From contig JAFGBS010000009.1 in assembly GCA_016933055.1 (NCBI GenBank), forward strand, positions 540,001-572,000: DNA of 32,000 nt. Reading direction: 5' to 3'. Below the pieces are notes generated by a model. That model did not search any database and had not been told where the DNA came from. It saw nothing but the letters and a program-made list of their open reading frames with translations. The position numbers and the translations under genes were made by a program. Within the stretch, counting starts at the first letter, position 1, and each line of letters opens with the position of its first letter. The stretch is from Promethearchaeota archaeon. GTDB lineage: Archaea; Asgardarchaeota; Lokiarchaeia; Sigyniarchaeales; Promethearchaeaceae. Positions 25,927 to 32,000 of this stretch are shown in pieces.

Positions 25927-27276
25927 GTGCAAACCACCAAGTACGAGCACGTTATATTCTATTTAGATGTCACTGGATCCCATGTAAAGCGAAAAGATGT
26001 TACCAAGGCAGTGATCCAATTTATCAAAGAAAAATCACATCTGAACCCTCTTACTAAATATGGACTCATGTATTTTAAAGCGGGGGGGTATCCTGAATAT
26101 ATTGATGAGGATGATTCCGACCTAATAGTAAAAAAAATCAATGACGATTGGAAAGATAAAGAAAGTGCTGAAAATTTTTTGGAAAATGGTCTGTTTTATT
26201 GTTTATCAGTTGTGGCTCAAAAATCTACTGAACGTGCGGGTGAATTTCGCGTAATTGTTATAACTGATAAGCCCTCAAATAAACCAGCGGAATATCAAGA
26301 GGCATTATTCAACTTAGTTGACACCGTTTGCTTTTTTCCAACTTATATTGATATTATTCGGGTAGGGTCGCAACGCTTCTATTCTGATGATGTGAAATTG
26401 CGGATCGTTACTTCTACGACGAATGGAGGTCTCTTTTACGTTTCAGAGTCAAAACACCTTACTCAAATCCTTCAAGGATTAACCAAAAGCAAACGTTTTA
26501 CTGCTTTAAACCAACCCGAGAAAATTGTAATAGATGAAGATAATAAAGAATTTTATGAGAATTTGGCAACAGATCTTTTAACTCCGACTCCTCATGAGGA
26601 ATTGGGTTTATGTGCATTTTGTAACAGTGAGATCTGTGATAGCGGGATTTATACTCGAATCTTAAAATGCTATAATTGTGGTTCTTCTTTTCATGAATAC
26701 CATATTGGAAAATATGCCTTCGACCATAATATCGGATTACCGCATATTTTTCGATGTCCTCAATGTGATGTGTTATTAAAAATGGATGAACACGCAGTTC
26801 TTGTGATTAACGATATACTTATCGAACAGGAAACAGGAGATTTTATGGATGATGAAAAATTCCAAGGGGAATATTATAACACAGAAGCGTCGGAGATAGA
26901 AATGGAAGTAAATATGGAATCGGTGTTAGAACAAGAAAATCTGAATGATGAATATTTTGAAATTACCGAGCAAGAACTACAGAATCCCTCAAATAAAAAT
27001 GGACAAACAATCCCCCTCCGCCCAAGTGGATTTGGTTTTTTCCAGAAGCCTCTGGTTAACTTAAACGGAGTAAAAAACCCAGAATATGAAGTTCCTGCCT
27101 CTATCGATTCATCTACACCCGTGAATGAAACATTCGAAACGCAAAAAACAGTAACGTCCCCAAATTCTCGTTCTAAACGCTCATCCAATACACGAAAATT
27201 CTTGGTATGTAAAATCTGTGGAACTTCGAATAATATTTATAATAAAAAATGTAAAAATTGTGGAGTTGATCTTTAG
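25927..27276 (+). CDS. vWA-like domain + PHD/RING-like finger + acidic linker + C-terminal Zn ribbon
   Basis: VIFYLDVTGS, VIVITD, IDIIRVG vWA strands; CAFC..CYNC-x4-H-x2-H..CPQC; CKIC..CKNC; GTG start. Confidence 0.88.
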   Translation: MQTTKYEHVIFYLDVTGSHVKRKDVTKAVIQFIKEKSHLNPLTKYGLMYFKAGGYPEYIDEDDSDLIVKKINDDWKDKESAENFLENGLFYCLSVVAQKSTERAGEFRVIVITDKPSNKPAEYQEALFNLVDTVCFFPTYIDIIRVGSQRFYSDDVKLRIVTSTTNGGLFYVSESKHLTQILQGLTKSKRFTALNQPEKIVIDEDNKEFYENLATDLLTPTPHEELGLCAFCNSEICDSGIYTRILKCYNCGSSFHEYHIGKYAFDHNIGLPHIFRCPQCDVLLKMDEHAVLVINDILIEQETGDFMDDEKFQGEYYNTEASEIEMEVNMESVLEQENLNDEYFEITEQELQNPSNKNGQTIPLRPSGFGFFQKPLVNLNGVKNPEYEVPASIDSSTPVNETFETQKTVTSPNSRSKRSSNTRKFLVCKICGTSNNIYNKKCKNCGVDL

Positions 27277-27539
27277 AGTTCTTCAGGGAAATCTTCTGTA
27301 AATTCGACTTCTAATTCCCACCTGCTTTTCAGCTTTTTTCGATTCGCAAGATGGAATTTAGTGTATTTCGCTTCAGCCTTTATAACCTTTTCCCGCTTCT
27401 TGAGCTCTTTAGCTTGTATAAAGGCATTTGTTTCTGGTTTAGGACGAATCTCTCGGGGATCCACTTCAAAATTAAGATTTTTAATTTCCCCTGAGATTCT
27501 CGTTCGGTTTGAATGGTGTGTATGTTTCTTATCTGGCAT
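27273..27539 (-). CDS. Small basic hypothetical protein
   Basis: Only ORF filling the gap downstream of the ABC genes; ATG 27539; no recognisable motif. Confidence 0.5.
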   Translation of the reverse strand: MPDKKHTHHSNRTRISGEIKNLNFEVDPREIRPKPETNAFIQAKELKKREKVIKAEAKYTKFHLANRKKLKSRWELEVEFTEDFPEEL

Positions 27540-27711
27540 TAACTTCAACTCGATTTGATTGTAATTAAAAGATAAATAATTTCAATAAAATGTAACAAAA
27601 ATCACTTTCAGGGTATCTTGAAAAAATTAAGGCAGTTTTCGTCATAGCCCCAAAGAATTAGTCAGAATAGATTTTTATAACTTACTGTTATCAAATTATA
27701 AGTCCAAAGAT

Positions 27712-29628
27712 TTATGTTCTAGCGAATTTTTTTCTCCGTTCTTTCACTATATGCTGTTCCAATTCATCAAAAGTCGCACTAGGTCGAGTAAATTGCATCT
27801 CGTAAAGGTGATTATAGAGACCCTCTTTATTTTTTACCAATTCTTCATGAGTTCCTATTTGAATTATTCTACCATTTTCGAGAACACAGATCAGATCTGC
27901 ATTCAGAACAGTTGATAATCGGTGAGCAATTATAAATGAATTTCTGTTTTCCAACAAAGTTTTCAAAGCTTCTTGAATCTTTAATTCTGTATAAGGATCT
28001 ACCGAGGAAGTAGCTTCATCTAATATTAGAATCCGTGGATTAGCTATGAGAGCCCGAGCAAACGAAATAAGTTGTCTCTGACCCACACTCAGTAAAGTTC
28101 CCCGTTCACGTACTTCCGTTTCATAACCATTCACTAATTTCATGATGAATTTATGGGCTCCTAATTTCCTAGTAGTCTTCAATATCTCTTTATCCGTTGC
28201 ATCTGGTTTACCATAGCGTATGTTTTCCATGACGGTACCACTAAATAAATACGTATCTTGAAGTACAATTGCCATTTGGTTTCGTAAAGACTCTGGATCG
28301 ATCTTTCTGATGTCTATTCCATCAATTAAAATCCGACCCTCAGTAGGATCATAAAATCGTGCGAGTAAGGAAATTAATGTGGTCTTACCGGCTCCTGTAA
28401 ACCCAACGAAGGCAATCGATTGATTTGGTGAGACTTTTAAGTTAACCTCTTTAAGAACGGGAATATCTTTTTCATAAGAGAAACTCAAATCTTGGAATTC
28501 TATATTACCTTCAATACGATCAATATAAACCGCGTCTTTAGGGGAAGTAAGTTGAGGTTTTGTGTCTAGGATTGTTAAAATACGTTCTCCAGCAGCCATT
28601 GCCAGCTGAATTGTGTTATAAAAGTTGACCAAATTACCTAATGGACCTATAAAGAACGCTACAAGAAGAAAATAAGATACAAGCTCCGGAATAGTGAGAT
28701 CTCCTGCATCCACTAACCTTGAACCCACAATGAGAATAGTACCCATAATAAGAGCTAAAATTATTTGAACAAATGGGACCAGAAAAGCCTGTAAACGAGC
28801 TGCAGACAAATTAACACTACGATCCGCCTCTGCCGCCAATTGAAAACTCTCGATATTTTGCTGTTCAGTTACGAATGCTTTTATGGTCCTACTTCCCTGA
28901 ATAGTTTCTTGCAGTAAACTTGTGATAATCGAAATCGTTTGACGTGTTCTCCTCCAGTATTCTCTTGCTTTTCTCGCTATCAAAAAGAAGATTATTCCTA
29001 ATACTGGAACAAACCCAAGGATTAGAAAAGTCAACCTCCAAGAGAAAAACATCATTAAGGTCATCGCAATAACTACAGTGAGAAGATCTGCAATGATTTG
29101 TATTGCGGCATTACTAATCAAATTGTTAACTCGATCTACATCATTCGAGAGTGTGGAAAGGATTTTTCCCGAAGGTCTCGAACTATAATACTTTAAAGAT
29201 AATGTTTGGATATGCGAAAATAACTCTGTTCGGATATCACTTATAGCGGTTAAACTTAAGTTTGCAACATTTCTTTGGTAAATCCATTTAAGGAATAAAT
29301 TGAAGGTTACAACTCCCAATAAGATCAAGGATGCGATCCATATTTCATTCCATGCTTGATTTTGTAAGAGAGGGTCGTCAGTAACAGCGCTAATGGATCC
29401 TATAATTCTATACATCAGTAGAGGGAATGCAAGTCCAGTTAAAGATACAATAATGGATAAAATGAAAAGAACTGTGATTTTTCTTTTATATTTAAGGATA
29501 TAATTAAAAAGTCGCTTTATAATGACATAATCCTTATACTTCCATGTACGTTGTTCTTCCTCGGGGATATCCGTTCTTCGATTTTTACGTTCAATTCGAC
29601 GTTGTCTTCTTGATTTCTTCTGTGTCAA
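27712..29628 (-). CDS. ABC exporter fused permease/ATPase (MdlB/TmrB-like half)
   Basis: 6-TM domain; Walker A GFTGAGKTT, signature LSVGQRQ, Walker B ILILDEATSS, H-loop IAHRL; TTGA overlap with its partner gene. Confidence 0.96.
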   Translation of the reverse strand: MTQKKSRRQRRIERKNRRTDIPEEEQRTWKYKDYVIIKRLFNYILKYKRKITVLFILSIIVSLTGLAFPLLMYRIIGSISAVTDDPLLQNQAWNEIWIASLILLGVVTFNLFLKWIYQRNVANLSLTAISDIRTELFSHIQTLSLKYYSSRPSGKILSTLSNDVDRVNNLISNAAIQIIADLLTVVIAMTLMMFFSWRLTFLILGFVPVLGIIFFLIARKAREYWRRTRQTISIITSLLQETIQGSRTIKAFVTEQQNIESFQLAAEADRSVNLSAARLQAFLVPFVQIILALIMGTILIVGSRLVDAGDLTIPELVSYFLLVAFFIGPLGNLVNFYNTIQLAMAAGERILTILDTKPQLTSPKDAVYIDRIEGNIEFQDLSFSYEKDIPVLKEVNLKVSPNQSIAFVGFTGAGKTTLISLLARFYDPTEGRILIDGIDIRKIDPESLRNQMAIVLQDTYLFSGTVMENIRYGKPDATDKEILKTTRKLGAHKFIMKLVNGYETEVRERGTLLSVGQRQLISFARALIANPRILILDEATSSVDPYTELKIQEALKTLLENRNSFIIAHRLSTVLNADLICVLENGRIIQIGTHEELVKNKEGLYNHLYEMQFTRPSATFDELEQHIVKERRKKFART

Positions 29629-32000
29629 TCAGATACCTCCTCATACTTTTTTGGACTCGTTTTATTGAACGGAATTTCCACATGGCGTTCTTCATCTTGT
29701 AGAGCTGCCACTTCTTTCTCACGAACATGGCGTTTATACATAGTACGATAAATTTTCGTATAAATTCCATTTGATTGCATAAGTTGTTCATGAGTACCTT
29801 GTTCCACTATTCTTCCATCATCTAAAACGAAAATTCGATCGCAATTTCGAACAGTTGATAGTCTTTGAGTTATAATAAAAGTGGTTCTTCCCTCAAATAA
29901 TTGTTCCAGTGCCTCTTGAATCTCAAATTCAGTGTCTACATCTACGGCACTGAGACTGTCGTCTAAAATTAAGATTTTTGGGTCTTGAAGAAGAGCTCTG
30001 GCAATTGCAATTCTTTGTTTTTGACCTCCACTTAGAGTCTGCCCTCGCTCCCCAACCACCGTATCATATCCTTCTGGTAATGACATTATGTATTCATGAA
30101 TTTTCGCAACTTTCGCAACAGTTATCATATCTTCCTCTTTAACCCGTTTTTTTCCGTAGCAGATGTTGTTCTTGATGGAACGGGAAAACAAAAAGGACTC
30201 TTGAGCAACAATTCCAATTTGTTTTCGATAGTGTTTTAAATCCAGTTCTCTAATATCAATTCCGTCAATATAGATATTTCCAGTCGTTGTATCATAAAAT
30301 CTTGGAATCAGATTAATAAGTGTGGTTTTTCCACTTCCTGTTGCTCCTAAAAACGCCACTGTTTCTCCCGTTTTAATGTCAATCGAAATATCCTGCAAAG
30401 CTAACTTTGGTGCATGATCTTCCGTGAGATCATCATATGAAAAGCTAACCTCTTTAAATACAACATGACCGTTAAATTCGAATGGAATCACGGGCGTCGA
30501 TGAGATTTCTTCAAATTTTGAATTCAGATGAATAGGATCAATTTTGGGGATGATTACTTCTTGAGGGATATCCAGAGGGATTTTTTTCATTCGCTTTTTA
30601 TGAATCTTTTCAAACTGCTTGCGCAGTACTTCTTTTTCTAAACGTAAAAATGATAATGCATCTTGAGTAATTACTTTTGAACCGGTGGCGGTATCTTTTC
30701 GAGTAGCTGGAACAATTCCTTTTTTAATTAATAATTTTTCATACTTTTTAGCTATTTCTATATGAACAAGAGGTTCGGGAGAATACATGGTTTTTTGGAG
30801 CTCAATCACGCGATTTTGTTCATAATCATTTTCTGAGAAATATTCAATGTATAATAGCAGAGAGTCCATAGGATCTTTTCGTAGTTCAACTAGGGTAGTA
30901 TCATAAATATTTCTTAAACGTCTATATACGTTTTCCATAAGATCGTTGTTTTCAAGAAGGAACAACAAATATTGGGCAATGAATGAAATTGGATTTGTCA
31001 AATCACTTGGTTTTGGTTCACTTAAAGCAAGTTCCTCCAGTTGTTCTAGGAATTCCGGTCTTTTAGTTAAAATTGCGATTTTCTGAGATAATGGAGTTAT
31101 AAAATTTAACCCATTAAAGATGATCGGTTCATTACCTTTGAAATAAATGGTTTCAACCGCACTAGTTTTGACATTTCGTGGAAGAATTGTTGTCTCTTCA
31201 AATCTTTTCAATATTCGTTTTGCACGTTTTTCCCGACGAGTTTCTTCTGGTTTTGGCATTCCAATAAGGGCATCAATAGTATCTATTATTTTTTCATCCT
31301 TAAGAAGGCGAATATACAGATCCCCCAGTGCTCGACTGGGATCAATAGGTTGATCTGGCACCTGAATCTCATTTCGATTGTCTATTATTTCATTTACTCG
31401 GTCTAATGCTGCTCGATTTGCAGATAATTCATTGAAGAAATTCACAATCATCCGAATGGGTTCATAAATCGTGATAAAATATACAAAAGTTGCTACAACA
31501 GATCCCAGAGAAAATACCCTGTCCCCAGGATGAGTAATTAACCATCCTCCAATAAATACAACAATGGCGCTTCCTGCCATTGTAAAATATTCAGATAAAG
31601 GAGAATATAAAGTCTGTAATCGAATAACTTGTTTACTTTTATTTAAAAAGTCCTCGTTATCTCTGTTATATTTATCCATCTCCATTTTTTGGCGACCAAA
31701 AGCTTTAACAACTCTCACACCCGTGATATTTTCTTCAATAGTGGATAGCATTTCTCCGCGGGCCTCATACATAGCCAGGGAAGAAGGATGGATTCGTTTG
31801 CGGTACCATCCCATGAGGATAAATAGAGGAGGGGTTAATCCTATGAAAACAAACGACATTATGGGATTTATCTGCCAGACATAATAAATTATTATAAACA
31901 AGGAAACCACATTCCGAATTAGATTTTGGAATTGATTTGCTAAGAAATTCTTTATAGCGTTTACATCCGATGTCGCTTTACTCATCAAATTGCCCGTCCG
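29625..32000 (-). CDS. ABC exporter fused permease/ATPase (MdlA/TmrA-like half), 5'-partial, with a large TMD-NBD insertion
   Basis: Frame open to the window edge (RTGNLMSKATSDV); Walker A GATGSGKTT, LSGGQKQ, degenerate Walker B ILILDDSLS, TQR in place of the H-loop. Confidence 0.95.
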   Translation of the reverse strand, partial: RTGNLMSKATSDVNAIKNFLANQFQNLIRNVVSLFIIIYYVWQINPIMSFVFIGLTPPLFILMGWYRKRIHPSSLAMYEARGEMLSTIEENITGVRVVKAFGRQKMEMDKYNRDNEDFLNKSKQVIRLQTLYSPLSEYFTMAGSAIVVFIGGWLITHPGDRVFSLGSVVATFVYFITIYEPIRMIVNFFNELSANRAALDRVNEIIDNRNEIQVPDQPIDPSRALGDLYIRLLKDEKIIDTIDALIGMPKPEETRREKRAKRILKRFEETTILPRNVKTSAVETIYFKGNEPIIFNGLNFITPLSQKIAILTKRPEFLEQLEELALSEPKPSDLTNPISFIAQYLLFLLENNDLMENVYRRLRNIYDTTLVELRKDPMDSLLLYIEYFSENDYEQNRVIELQKTMYSPEPLVHIEIAKKYEKLLIKKGIVPATRKDTATGSKVITQDALSFLRLEKEVLRKQFEKIHKKRMKKIPLDIPQEVIIPKIDPIHLNSKFEEISSTPVIPFEFNGHVVFKEVSFSYDDLTEDHAPKLALQDISIDIKTGETVAFLGATGSGKTTLINLIPRFYDTTTGNIYIDGIDIRELDLKHYRKQIGIVAQESFLFSRSIKNNICYGKKRVKEEDMITVAKVAKIHEYIMSLPEGYDTVVGERGQTLSGGQKQRIAIARALLQDPKILILDDSLSAVDVDTEFEIQEALEQLFEGRTTFIITQRLSTVRNCDRIFVLDDGRIVEQGTHEQLMQSNGIYTKIYRTMYKRHVREKEVAALQDEERHVEIPFNKTSPKKYEEVSD

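Noticed and set aside
30490-31335. Intein in the ABC transporter
   Set aside because: No Cys/Ser start, no His-Asn end, no LAGLIDADG blocks, and the site is a non-conserved linker
749-31884. Many short ORFs in the track that lie antisense to or nested in longer genes (e.g. 749-1024, 1178-1549, 6052-6381, 8766-9002, 11236-11556, 24339-24941, 26874-27188, 31564-31884)
   Set aside because: They overlap well-supported genes and have shadow-frame composition with no motifs
1-32000. CRISPR array, tRNA, rRNA, transposase or integrase
   Set aside because: No regularly spaced repeats, cloverleafs, rRNA signatures or recombinase motifs seen by eye; a tRNAscan-SE/cmscan run would be the definitive check

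Overview
AT-rich archaeal chromosomal window, most likely from an Asgard archaeon (Lokiarchaeota-like). The taxonomy is inferred from eS26, TFB, Gar1, TrmY, archaetidylinositol-type synthase, a Roadblock protein and several large HEAT/winged-helix/Zn-finger proteins. It holds about 30 protein genes: housekeeping (rps26e, tfb, gar1, engB-like GTPase, trmY-like), metabolic (galM, FAH, HAD, two SDRs, radical SAM, sirtuin, macrodomain, GNATs) and a heterodimeric ABC exporter pair running off the right edge. I saw no rRNA, tRNA, CRISPR array or transposase. The best unannotated signal is the trmY-Roadblock intergenic region (about 9845-10125, + strand), which folds into three K-turn hairpins with ANA boxes. 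This is a probable multi-hairpin box H/ACA guide RNA, with pockets complementary to 23S rRNA U2496, U2554 and possibly U807 (E. coli numbering), lying 1.7 kb from gar1. Other candidates: an atypical alpha3-truncated histone with a basic loop insertion; a 1423-aa polytopic membrane protein with a HEAT solenoid; a HEAT plus UFL1/DDRGK-like winged-helix protein; a vWA-PHD-like-Zn-ribbon protein; a stand-alone RING-like protein; a roughly 280-aa insertion in an ABC exporter; and a recoded duplicate of an SDR 3' end. All family assignments are by eye from motifs; no database search was run.
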